Under the pieces are notes generated by a model, which searched no databases, had not been told where the DNA came from, and saw only the letters and a program-made list of their open reading frames with translations. From NCBI GenBank assembly GCA_038087875.1, contig CM075995.1:3226001-3290000 (forward strand): a DNA stretch of 64,000 nucleotides. The letters run 5' to 3'. The first letter of the stretch is position 1. Each line of letters starts with the position of its first letter. The translations under genes were made by a program, and so were the position numbers. The stretch comes from Malacoraja senta (taxonomy: Eukaryota). This document shows, one piece after another, positions 40,365 to 52,614 of this stretch.

Positions 40365-43114
40365 AAATACTACTGAAATTTCAGTTAAATAAATTACTGT
40401 CAGAGAAAGTTATAACATTATTTCAAATCACAAAACAAGAACACTTCGAATTCGGGGACAAACCCCACAAACTTCTAGCACGACAACTTAAAAAACGGGA
40501 AAAAGAGAATGCAATATTAAAGATTAAATCAGATAGAGGGGAAGTATTAACACTACCCAAGGATATTAATAAAAGATTTGCTCAATTTTACCAGAATCTA
40601 TACACATCTAAAACGTCAATAGACAATAATAAAATCTCAGAATTTTTAGATAATTGTAATCTACCACAATTAGAACGCAGGGAACAAGAGGAACTGGGAG
40701 CACAAATTACTTCTAAGGAGATAGAAGACACAATAAAAACACTAAAAAATGGAAAAACACCAGGACCAGACGGATTCAGTAATGAATTTTATAAATCTTT
40801 TTATGATATAGTTACTCCACGATTACAAAAAATGTATACATATGCTTATAAAGAGCAAAACCTACCTGAAACACTAGCGGAATCAACGATCATATTAATA
40901 CTTAAAAAAGATAAAAATATAGAAGAACCAGGATCATATAGAGCTATTGCTTTGTTAAATACGGATCAGAAAATAATAGCAAAAACATTAGCCAATAGAT
41001 TAAGCAAGTATGTTAGTAGACTAATACATGAGGATCAAACAGGATTTATACCTAAGAGACACTCATTTAATAATTTGAGACGTTTGCTTAACATAATGCA
41101 TTCACATAAATCTTATGACCAAGAGTTAGCTATCATCTCACTGGACGCAGAAAAAGCGTTTGATCAAGTAGAATGGGACTATATGATCAAAGTATTGCAA
41201 AAATTCCAATTGGGAGAAAACTTTATTGCATGGATAAAACTACTATATAACAAACCTACGGCTAGAATACTAACTAATAATATATTATCTTCAAAATTCG
41301 AATTATCTAGGGGCAACAGACAAGGATGTTCACTATCACCGCTGTTATTTGCTTTGGTAATTGAACCCCTGGCTGAAAAAATAAGAACACACTCGAATAT
41401 TCACGGTTATAACACAAAATATTCAAACAACAAACTATCCCTATATGCTGATGATGTACTACTGTACATCACAAAACCACAAATTAGTATACCAAATATA
41501 TTAAACTTAATTGAGGACTTTGGATCCTTTTCAGGATATAGAATAAATTGGAACAAAAGTGAAATTATGTCGATTAAACCAAAAGATTCAACACATCTCA
41601 GGAAATTCCCTTTTAAAATAGCTATGGAAAAATTCAAATATTTAGGAATTGAGATTACTAGAAATTACCATGATATGTTTAAAGCTAATTATAATCCCCT
41701 ACTTAAGAAATTAAATAATCTGATTAAATTTTGGAAAACACTTCCGATGTCCTTAATAGGTAGGATAAATGCTATAAAAATGATTTTCTTACCACAAATC
41801 CTTTACCTATTTCAATCAATACCTATATATCTCCCAAAAAAGTTTTTCAAAAAACTGGACTCAGACATTACAAATTTTATATGGGATTACAAATCCCACA
41901 GAATACAAAGAACACACCTTAACAAACGAAAAGAGTTGGGGGGTCTAGCGCTCCCTAACTTTATGTATTATAACTGGGCAGTAAATATTAAAAATATGAT
42001 TCACCTGCTGGACAATTCTGCCCAGCAGGTGGACTGGATTATAATGGAAAAAGGGGATTGCTCCCCGAATAATATAGGAGCGATTATTCTCTCTCCAATA
42101 AACTTGAATAATAAAAATTATAATAAAAATCCAATTATATATAGCACTATTAGAACATGGAAGCAAATAAAACAGAATCTAAAATTAAGAAACCTATCTC
42201 TCTTAATACCAATAGTCAATAACCCATCGTTTAAACCTTCAATCATAGATAAAGCATTTATACAATGGGAAAGAATGGGAATTAAAACGCTCGAAGATCT
42301 GTATGAATTAGAAAAATTACTATCATTCCAACAACTACAACTGAAATATAATTTGAAAAATAATCAATATTTTAAATATATACAAATCTGTGACTATTTG
42401 AAAACACACACAAAAGATTATTATAATATGCCTTCCGACTTACTAGATGAAGCAATGAAGACAAAGGCGGAATCAGCTAATTTAATATCATACTTATATA
42501 ATATCATTTTAAATATAGAAATACCCACAACAGATGGAATTAGAAGAGATTGGGAACAAGATCTAGGTATAAAAATTTCAAAAGAGAGTTGGGATAATCA
42601 TTTATTACAGGTGCATAAATGCTCGATCAATGTACGACATACGCTTATCCAATTTAAAACATTACATAGATTATATTATTCAAAAACCAAACTAAATAAA
42701 ATCTTTCCTAACGTCTCACCAATCTGTGATAAATGTATATGTCAAGAAGCTACCATAGCACATTCTTTTGTTTTTTGTACAAAAATCCAAAAATTCTGGT
42801 TTGAAATATTTGATATTTTTTCAAAATTAATCAAAATAAAACTGGTACCAAAACCAGAATGGATTATTTTTGGAATATCGGAAGGTATTCCTGAATTAAA
42901 CGTGTATCAGAAGAATTTACTCAATTATGGGCTAATAATGGGAAAAAAGCTTATACTTAAATTCTGGAAAAATGCGCCCACACCAACAATAAAAATGTGG
43001 ACATCAAATATGTTGGAAACATTACATCTGGAAGAGATGAGATTCCTCCTAGTAGGCAAAGCAGATCAATTTCAAAAGACGTGGTCTACGTTTTTGGACC
43101 TATTACAAGCATGA
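40358..43114 (+). pseudogene. L1 ORF2 C-terminal 918 aa (RT and CCHC), stop-free but 5'-truncated
   Basis: LDAEKAFD, RQGCSLSP, YADD, CDKC...HSFVFC. The start Met is created by the inversion junction. Confidence 0.92.
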
Positions 43115-43499
43115 GGTGCAATAGTAACTTAGAAAAACAAATAAATAAATAAAAGGTATCTGGACCTGGTAATGGGAGGTAAAATAAAAATAGACTTGGT
43201 TGGTAGTTCCTTCTCTATGAAGTATGGTATAAGAGTCATAATAGAGCGATTGTTCCTTCTTTCTTTCTCTTTTTTTTCTAGGGTCTATTTTCTAACTTTA
43301 CTTCCTTCTCTAACCTCTTTTCTAAGGGGCTTTCTTTTCCCAACACTCTTTTGCACTTCACAACCTTTGCGCACTTTCTTCACTTTTCTTACTTCTTTCT
43401 TTTTCTTTTTTAAAGTTTAAAAAAGTGAAGCGGTACAAAAAATGTATTAATATATACGTGTTGTACATTACTGTAATCTACCGTACTTCTAAAAAATAA

Positions 43500-43539
<40 letters not shown>

Positions 43540-43905
43540 TGTCCCTGGCGTGTGCAGGATAGTGTTAGTGTGCGGGGGGATCGCTGGTCGGCGCGGACTC
43601 AGTGGGCCAAAGGGCCTCTTTCAGCGCTGTATCTCTAAAGTCTGAAGTCTAAATAGACTAAATCACAAACTGTTCAGGTCAACTGTGCCATTCAATGATG
43701 GCTGATCCATCTATCCCTCTCAACCCCATTCCTTCGAGTCCTGCCTTCGCCCCATAACCCCTGACACCCATACTAACCAAGAATCTGTTAATCTCTGCCT
43801 TAAAAATATCCATCGACTTGGCTTCCACAGCTTTGTGTGGCAATGAATTCCACAGATCCACCACCCGCTGACTAAAAAAATTCCTCCTCATCTATCTATC
43901 TATCT

Positions 43906-44880
43906 TCTATACTATTGCTAAAACTCTCATCTTGACCACTTCTGGTTTGCGTTGTATTTAAATTTGCGCAAAATCGATCCACCATAATGTTACGATTTTT
44001 CGCCACGTTACTCACCATTCTCCTGTGCTGCTAGTCAAATAAGTGTTGTTCGAATTGGTGAAATAGTACAAAAGTTATGAAGGTTTAAAAATCGTAAAAA
44101 CCGCCCCTTCCGGATCCCGCTGTCAATAACGGCGGCGAGGAGAATAAAAAGCTGAAGGGGCGGAGTGTGTTGAGCAGTGTGTTGAGAGTGTGCAGACTAC
44201 GGAGAATGAGCAGCCTCCAGGCTGCTTCTGCGGCGATCAGCATGACCAGCCGGAAGCTGCTGAGCTGAACCGGAAGCCTCTGAGTGAAGCTGAGTGGGAC
44301 TGGGATCTGATGTGTTAGGCTGAAAGCTGAAGGTGTGGGGTGAGCAGAGTGCGATCTGCGTCTGCTGTGTCCACCCCCCCTCCCCACACCCCCCTCCCCC
44401 CCCTCCACCCCAACCCTTTCCCACACCCCTCTTTCCTCACACCCCCCCTTGCCCCACACCCCCCCTTTCCCCACACCCCCTCCCCAACCCCCCTAACCGC
44501 CCCCCCTCCCCACACCCTCCTTCCCCACACCCCCCCTTCCCCACACCCCCCCTTCCCACTACCCCCCCATCCCCACACCCACCCCCTTCCCCACCCACCC
44601 CCTTCCCCACACACCCCCTCCCCACACCCTCTCCTCCCGCACACCCTCCCCTCCCTCACACCACCCTCCCCACACCACCCCCCTCCCCAACACCCCCTTC
44701 CCCCACCCCCCCTCCCCCGCACCCTCCCCATAAACCCCCCACACCCCCCCCACACCCCCTCCCCAACACCCCCCTCCACCACCCCCCCTCCCCCACCCCC
44801 TCCCCATAAACCCCCCCACACACCCCTCCCCGACACTGCCCCTCCCCCAACCCCCCTCCCCTTCACTCCGCAGCTGATGA
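43906..44880 (+). mobile_element. Helitron-like 5' part followed by a C-rich low-complexity tract
   Basis: TCTATACTATTGCTAAAACTCTCATCTTGACCACTTC resembles the reverse complement of 38085-38120; 3' end not found. Confidence 0.6.
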
Positions 44881-45149
44881 ACATGCAGCTTTGGTGTTTT
44901 TGGCTGTGGTTTCCAAGAATGGATTTGGCTACATGCGGAGTCGATATCCAAACATCCCCACCTTCCCTTATTATTGCTGCCCCTCAGAGATCTACGACAG
45001 ACTCCAGTAATAGATCCAGGAAAGGGGCTTACAGAAGATTGGACAATCAGCAATCATAGAGTTATAGAATGATAGAGTGTGGAAAAAGGCCCTTCCCAAC
45101 TTGCCCACAACGGCCAACGTGTCCCAGTTACACTTGTCCCACCAGGCAC

Positions 45150-46301
45150 CAGGCACGTGCCATCCGGGTAGGCAAGGTAGGCACTGCCTACCCTGACTAA
45201 AATTATAAAATGGTAATAACTAAATATAAATAGTAAAGGCATGGGAGAATTATGCCTATCTAAGAGATCGATCTCTTAGGTAGGTATAATTCTCCGTGTC
45301 TTTCATCCGCAGCACTTGTAACCCTTGAAGGTCTGTGCAGCCCACGTGCCGTCAGCGCAGCTTCAAGCCGTCAATTTCAAGCGGGGCTGAAGGCAGCAGA
45401 AATTCTGCCTTTGCAGCACTGCGCAGGTGCAGCAGCCTACTGCGCATGTGCAGTGCTGGTTTCTTGGCAGTGTTTTTCAAATATGGATTGGCATTATTTT
45501 AAGTGTATCTTAGGAAACAGAGAGAGAAGAATGGAGTTCGTGTACCAATGATGTGGTAAATACATTTTGTGTTTATGTTTTTAAATACCGTATTTCCCGG
45601 GGTGTGGGGGTGGGGGGAGAGTTCCTTTCACAGCCTTTGGGGAGTCTGGCCCGGGGTAAAGTTGCGGGGAGGGCACGAATGTTGTGAAGGAGGGGTTCGG
45701 GATCATGTCACTTGAGATGCTCCTTGCAAGGAGCCACCGCATTGAGGCGGCGGGGGGCGGGGGGGGGAAGAAGCTCGGGTGGCTGTGAGCGACCGCCGGG
45801 CCGGACAGCGGAACCGGCCACCACCTCAGCGCCTTCTCCCGGCCCCCACTCACCTCTGGCAGCTCTCCGTCTAAAAACCTCTCTCCTGCCGCTCGCTGGC
45901 CTCACTCGTGTCCTTAAATTCCGACCCCCTCCTTCTCAATGCTCCTGCCCTCCCAGCAACTTCACCCCTGGCACAGACTCTCCACACGTTGTGAAAGGAA
46001 CTCTCCCCCCAATTGGTCCCTTGAACAAGTGTTGTCATTCAATTAGATGACAACTGATTCAACTTTTCCCTGTGCTCCCGTTTTTCCCACCATCTCTCCA
46101 CCTGCCATCACCCTTCACCCCCCACCCATTCAGTAATTCAGAATAAAGGAGACTTGGAAGCCTTGGGCAAATTGAATTGTTACTGTCTTTATTTTTATTT
46201 TTTATTTTTAAGGAGAGAACAATCTGCGCATGCGCGGTTTAATTTTTCTTAAAAAGCCGACTGACTGCCTCCCCTGAGTAATTACTCATGGCACATGCCT
46301 G
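45150..46301. mobile_element. Non-autonomous TIR DNA transposon (hAT-like CAG...CTG ends)
   Basis: 14-bp TIR CAGGCACGTGCCAT / ATGGCACATGCCTG; splits a CR1 tail (gtcccac|ctgccc); TSD not resolved. Confidence 0.7.
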
Positions 46302-46881
46302 CTGCCCACATATGATCCATATCCCTCCAAGCCTGTCCTATTCACATACCCATCTAACTGTTTCTTAAATGTCGGGATAGTCCCTGCCTCAACGACCTCC
46401 TCTGGCAGCTCGTTCCATATCCCCACTACCCATTGTGTGAAAAATTTACTCTGACTGATGAGGCTAATGTGCCATAAGCCTTTTTTCACCACCCTATCTA
46501 CCTTCAAGGAACCATGCACCTGCACTCAGAGATCCCTCTGCCCTACAATACTACCCAGAGCCCTACCATTCACCGTGTGACTCTCACCTTACGGTACACG
46601 TGACAAAAAACTAAACTCCTCAACTGAACTGAATGCCACTTTCACCAAGTATATTTTTCTCCGAAATGGCAGGCAATGATTTTTTTTTCCCGTCTTTCCC
46701 TCTTGTCTCTGAAACTCTTCAGTCCAAAACTAATATTTTTATAAATTGTGAGATTGTAAAGCAGCAAGGATTAAAGAGGATTAGCGGTGAGTGATGGGTT
46801 CTGCTGTTCTGCTTTAACAAATCTATGTGGGCGCACAGGCCATTAATTGTCAGGTTGATCTCTTCCACACAAGACAAATAC

Positions 46882-46941
46882 CTGCAGATTGCAGCCTGAC
46901 ACGGCAATTTGTCAAACTGTACAACTGCTGCTCACCAGACC
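46882..46941 (-). CDS. Candidate host exon, 60 nt
   Basis: Long pyrimidine tract ending ttccAG, donor CAG|GTATTT; frame SGEQQLYSLTNCRVRLQSA is phase-compatible with the 38796 exon. Confidence 0.3.
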
Positions 46942-47901
46942 CTGGAACGCAGAAGCAAAGTACAAAGAGGGAAAAATAGAAAGATAAGAAATTATAATGA
47001 CAATATCATCCTCCCTTTTCTCTACCTTTCTTCTTCCTGCACTGCTCTATTTCAGACTTTGGACTTTAGTGATACACTGCAAACAGCCCAGGCCCACCGA
47101 GTCCGCGCAGACCAGCCATGCACTCTCACTGTCCTACGCACTAGGGACAATTTACAATGTTACCGAAGCCAATTAGGCTGCAAACCTGGACGTCTTTGGA
47201 GTGTGGGAGGAAACCGGAGCACCCGGAGAAAACACACATGGACACTTGGAAAAGGTACAAACTCCGTACAGCCAGCACCCGTATCAAATACTTGAGGGCA
47301 TGTCGTTAAGGTGACCTCCATTCCCTGCATATCCATATGCCTGTCCGAAAGTCTTTTAAATGCCACTGTTGTATTTGCCTCCACCTCCACCACAGGCACT
47401 GACCACCCTCTATGTAAAAAAGTTGCCCTGCACATCTCCTTTAAACTTTGCCCCTCCCACCTTAATCAATGATCACCTCGATCGAACCCGGGTCTCTGGC
47501 GCTGTAAGGCTGCACCACTGTGCCAGCCCAATTTATCCCTGTGATTTCCATCTCCACACTCATCTTTAATCCAATCCTATAAAGTCCATGTTGTGCAAAC
47601 CTCTCCCTCTAGCTAATGCCTCCTGATTCAGACGTCATTCTGGTAAACCTTCTCTGCACCCTTTCCAAAGCCTCCACATCCCGCCTGTGATAGGGTGACC
47701 AGAACTGCACACATTACTCCAAATGGTTAGGCGCGCAACAAAACGGGCAACGGTAGAGCTACAGCGCCAAAGACCCGGGTGCGATCCCAACTACGGGTGC
47801 TGTCTGTACGGAGTTTGTACGTTCTCCCCGTGACCTGCGTGGGTTTTATCTGAGATCTTCGATTTCCTCGCACACTCCCAGACGTACAGGTTTATAGGTT
47901 A

Positions 47902-48409
47902 AGGGCATGTCCCACGGGCATGCGACTCCATGCGGCAAGTGCGACCTAACTGCAAGCGGGGGCCGCGCGGGGCCGCGCAGAGGTCGAGTGATCCCCGTAC
48001 AGGGCCGGTCCCACCAGCATGCGGCTGGATGCGGCAAGCGCTACCAAATCAGAAGCGGGGGCCGCGCGGACGTCGAGTGCCATCAAGACGGTGCATATGG
48101 TGGCGAGGCGGTGCGCACGGCCGTCGATGCGGCTGCGTCTGGCGCCGAGGCGGTGCGCACGGCCGTCGATGCGGCGCGCACGGCCTTGATGCGGCTGCGG
48201 GGCGGCAGGCCGTTGCCGCACGGAATTTTTGAACAGTGTCAGTTTTTCGGGGCCCCGCGCGATGTCGGGACCATCTCCACACAATTCCATGCGGCTCCCG
48301 CGATCGAAGTGGGACCGGCCCCGCGACCTCCGCCCAGCACCCGCACGGCCCCCGCTTGCGGTTAGGTCGCGCTTGCCGCATGGAGTCGCATGCCCGTGGG
48401 ACAGGCCCT
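47902..48409. mobile_element. MITE, PIF/Harbinger-like
   Basis: About 65-bp near-perfect TIRs (AGGGCATGTCCCACGGGCATGCGACTCC... / ...GCCCGTGGGACAGGCCCT); probable 3-bp TSD TTA/TTC; CpG-rich; internal 39-bp duplication. Confidence 0.8.
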
Positions 48410-48944
48410 TTCATTGATCAAGGAATCAAGGGATATGGGGAAAAAGCGGGAATGGGGTACTGATTTTGGAATGATCTGCTATGATCATATTGAATGGCGG
48501 TGATGGCTCAAAGGACCAAATGGCCTACTCCTGCACCTATTTTCTATGCTTCTATATTAGTACGTTCTCCCTGTGACCTGCGTGGGTTTTCTCTGGGATC
48601 TCCTGTTTCCTCTCACTCTCCAAAGACGTACAGGTTTGAAGGTTAATTGACTTGGTATCATTGTAAATTGTCGCTAGTGTGTGTAGGGTAGTGTTGATGT
48701 GCGGGGATCGCTGGTCGGTGAGGACACAGTGGGTCGCAGGGCCTGTTTCCACACTGTATCTCTAAACTAAACAAAACCTGCTTCTTGATCCATTGCCTTC
48801 CAACCATGCTCTTTCCATTCAAAAGGCAGATAACATTTGGTGAATGCTTTGGCCGGTCAGAGTGGCGATGGTTGGCTGGTGCTCATGTCAGGAAGCTCAG
48901 TGCCCATTCTACGAAGCTGACACGAGAATGATTTCATGCACGTT

Positions 48945-49272
48945 TAATTTAGTTTAGTTTAGTGTACTTTAGTTTGGAGATACAGCGCGGAAACAGGCCC
49001 TTCGGCCCACCGAGTCTGCACCGACCAGCGATCCCCGCATATTAACACTATCCTACACACACAAGGGACAATTTACAATTGATACCAAGCCAATTAACCT
49101 ACAAACCCATACGTCTTTGGAGTGTGAGAGGAAGCCGGAGAACCCGGAGAAAACCCACGCAGGTCACGGAGAGAACGTATGAACTCCGTACAGACAGCAC
49201 CCGTAGTGGGGATCGATCCCAGGTCTCTGGTGCTGTGAGGCAGCATCTCTACTGCTGCGCCACTGTGCCGCC
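48945..49272 (-). mobile_element. HE1-like SINE
   Basis: Same consensus. Confidence 0.88.
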
Positions 49273-49453
49273 CTTATTTATATGAAATGACCCCCCGTGC
49301 TCTCTTTTCTGGATAAATTATTCTGTTTTTACTAGGAGGGGTTGGTGTAAATTGTTTGGCTGATCTAGCTTTCCATCTCAAACCCATTCTCCTGCTTTCT
49401 CCCCATAACCCCTGACACCAGTTGCAATCAAGAATCTATCTCTCTCCGCATTA

Positions 49454-49653
49454 NNNNNNNNNNNNNNNNNNNNNNNNNNNNNNNNNNNNNNNNNNNNNNN
49501 NNNNNNNNNNNNNNNNNNNNNNNNNNNNNNNNNNNNNNNNNNNNNNNNNNNNNNNNNNNNNNNNNNNNNNNNNNNNNNNNNNNNNNNNNNNNNNNNNNNN
49601 NNNNNNNNNNNNNNNNNNNNNNNNNNNNNNNNNNNNNNNNNNNNNNNNNNNNN
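49454..49653. other. Assembly gap (200 N)
   Basis: N run. Confidence 1.
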
Positions 49654-50234
49654 TTTTGTGTTGAAACCCGTCGTCTGGCTTGAGAAAAAATTGTCTGAAG
49701 AAGGGTTCCAACCCAAAATGTCACCTATCCAGAGATGCTGCCTGACACGCTGAGTTACTCCAGCACTTTGCTTCTTTCTTTGGTATAAACCAGCATCTGC
49801 AGTTCCTTTTAATCACTTGTTGATAGATACTTGTTAAGTGGTGTTTTCTGGGAATGTGGAGCAAAGGTGAGAAATAGGAGTTGAGGTTGTGGTCAGATTA
49901 AGATGGTTAGGCAGGGCCAACAGGCTGTATGGCCTCCTCCTGCTCCTAATGTTTCCATTAATGGTGAGATTGACAACAGTGAAATGCTTACTAATCATAG
50001 AATCGTACAGGAAACAGGCCCTTCGGCCCAACTTGCCCACACTGGCCAACATGTCCCATCGACACGTCCCACCTGCCTGCATTTGGCCCATATCCCACTA
50101 AATCTGTCCTATCCATGTATCTGTCTGAATGTTTCTTAAACGCCGCGATAGAACCTGCATCATATTAAAGGATGAAAATATAGGCATAGACCTCAGTGTG
50201 TCTTTATTCATATTCTGATGGTTATTTGGTTGCG

Positions 50235-51020
50235 GGGGCGCCTCATGATGGCAGCCTCGCCAACAGTCTGTCTGTTTTTTCGTCTTTTTTTGGTGTTATT
50301 TTTAAAGAGATTTAAAAGTATGTGTTAATGTTCTCTGGTTTGTTTTATGTGGGGCAGGGGGTTGGAGGAAACTTTTTTTCAATCTCTTACCTTGCCGAAG
50401 ATGCGATTGTTTTCCAGATCGTATCTCCGGTCGCTCTGCGGCCTAACATCATGGAGCTGGAGGCCTTGCTCGGGATTGGCTTTGAGCCCCACCATGGGGC
50501 CGTGGACTTACCATCTGAGCCTGCGATCCCTTGCCTGGGATCGACGATCCAACCGTGGCCTGCGGATTTCAACATCGCGGAGCTCTCAGTGTCGGGTAGA
50601 GACCGAGTCGGGAAGCTCCAACGATGCAGAAGGTTCAACTAGACCCGACCCGGGGTCGATCGCCCGGCGGGGGGGGGGGGGGGGGTGACATCCCCCTGAT
50701 GCAGGAGCTTGATCGCCCCGATGCGGAGGGCCCGACCACCGACTATGGGAGCCAAGATCGCCCCATTAACGGAAGGCTCGAAGCCCCTGACCGCGGGAGA
50801 ACAAAGAAGGGAAGAGATTTAACTTTTTTTTGCCTTCCATCACAATGAGGAATGTGGAGGAGTCACTGTGGTGGATGTTTATGTTCAAATGTAATTTGTA
50901 TGTTTTGTTGCTTTTTATAGGTATGACTGTATGGCAAATCAAATTCCTCGAATGTTGCAAAACATACTTGGCTAATAAAGTATGATTATGATTATGATTA
51001 TGTTTATGATTGTGATTATT
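50235..51020 (+). mobile_element. Unclassified non-autonomous non-LTR element
   Basis: CpG-rich body ending in AATAAA and a (TATGAT)n tail. Confidence 0.55.
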
Positions 51021-51304
51021 AGGATGGAATTATCCACTCCAGTTAATTCTAAATGTATAATAATCCTATAATTCATTTAGTTTTCTGTTGACATCAACTC
51101 ATGCGCCAATGTCCCAGTTTCTTCATCATCAGGCCTTTACTCCTGTCATTGAAGGTGATGGGAAATAAACGTGCCTGCAAAAACAGAGATACTTTAAAGT
51201 ATAGACATGGAGTTATACTTACACATCATCTGGAGTATTGTGTTCAGCTCTGGATATCATACTTTAGGAGGGATGCCAAGCTCTGAGAGACGATGAGTGA
51301 TCGG

Positions 51305-51590
51305 GGTGGCACGGTGGCGCAGCGGTAGAGTTGCTGCCTCACAGCACCAGAGACCCGGGTTCGATCCTGACTAAGGGTCCAATCTGTATGGAGTTTGTAT
51401 GTTTTCCCTGTGACCTGCGTGGGTTTTCTCCGGGTGCTCCGTTTTCCTCCCACACTTCAAAGAAGTACAGGTTTGTAGACTAATTGGCTTCAGTAAAATT
51501 GTAAATTGTCCCTTGTGTGTGTGGTATGGTGATGCTCGTATGCGGGGATCGCTGGTCGGCGCAGACTCGGTGGGCCAAAGAGCCTGTTTG
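51305..51590 (+). mobile_element. HE1-like SINE
   Basis: Same consensus; an inverted copy follows at ~51685-51949. Confidence 0.85.
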
Positions 51591-51949
51591 TGTACGCAAG
51601 AGCTTTTCACTCTACCTCGGAACACGTGACAATGGACTAATTGTTTCCATTCTACATCGTAGTTTACTAAACTATCGTTGTACTTTCGAGATACAGCACG
51701 GACACAGGCCCTTCGGCCCACCGAGTCCATGCCGACCAGCGATCCCCGCACACTTACACTACCCGACACACACTAGGGACAATTTACACATACACCAAGC
51801 CAATTAACCCACATACCTGTATATCTTTGGAGTGTGGGAAGAAATCGAAGATCTCGGAGAAAACCCACGCAGGTCACGGGGAGAACGTATAAACTCCCTA
51901 CAGACAAGCGCCCGTAGTAGTGATCGAACCCGGGTTTCCGACGCTGTAA

Positions 51950-52170
51950 AAGGCCTGTCCCACTTGGGCGTCATTTGCGCGTCATTTACGCAAAATCATT
52001 TATGCGTCACGACGCACGCATGGCGCGTGGTGAGATGTGGTGGCGAATGCAGTGACGCGCGGTAGCGCGCGGCGCCCCAGGATTTTGGGATGCTCAAAAT
52101 CTTCGCGCGCCACCTGCGTGATGAGCAAATGATGCGCCATCGTGGCCGTCCCAAACTGACGTGGCCGTCT
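51950..52170. mobile_element. One-ended Harbinger-like MITE fragment
   Basis: TAA followed by AAGGCCTGTCCCACTTGGGCG, shared with 2598; CpG-rich. Confidence 0.5.
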
Positions 52171-52240
52171 CTAAACTAAACTAAACTAAACTAAACTAAA
52201 CAATACAAGCCCTTTAGCTCAGTTGCACGGAATGAAGCTC

Positions 52241-52614
52241 TTGCCTTGCCTTGCCTTGCCTTGCATTACCTTGCCTTGCCTTGCTTTGCATTGCCTTGCC
52301 TTGCCTTGCCTTGCATTACCTTGCCTTGCCTTGCTTTGCATTGCCTTGCCTTGCCTTGCATTGCCTTGCTTTGCATTACCTTGCCTTGCCTTGCATTGCC
52401 TTGCCTTGCTTTGCCTTGCCTTGCATTACCTTGCCTTGCCTTGCTTTGCATTGCCTTGCCTTGCCTTGCCTTGCCTTGCTTTGCATTACCTTGCCTTGCC
52501 TTGCATTGCCTTGCCTTGCTTTGCATTACCTTGCCTTTCCTTGCCTTGCTTTGCATTGCCTTGCCTTGCCTTGCCTTGCATTACCTTGCCTTTCCTTGCC
52601 TTTCCTTGCCTTGC
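52241..52614. repeat. (TTGCC)n microsatellite with TTGCA/TTGCT/TTACC variants
   Basis: Seen directly. Confidence 0.97.

Larger units (their letters stand above)
39597..43533 (+). mobile_element. L1-clade LINE with 5' inversion (twin-priming structure)
   Basis: 39597-~40364 encodes the endonuclease half on the minus strand; ~40365-43114 is the rest of ORF2 on plus; poly(A) 43505-43533; 18-bp TSD GTAAATTGTCCCTGGCGT (39579-39596, 43534-43551); sits inside a SINE. Confidence 0.95.
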
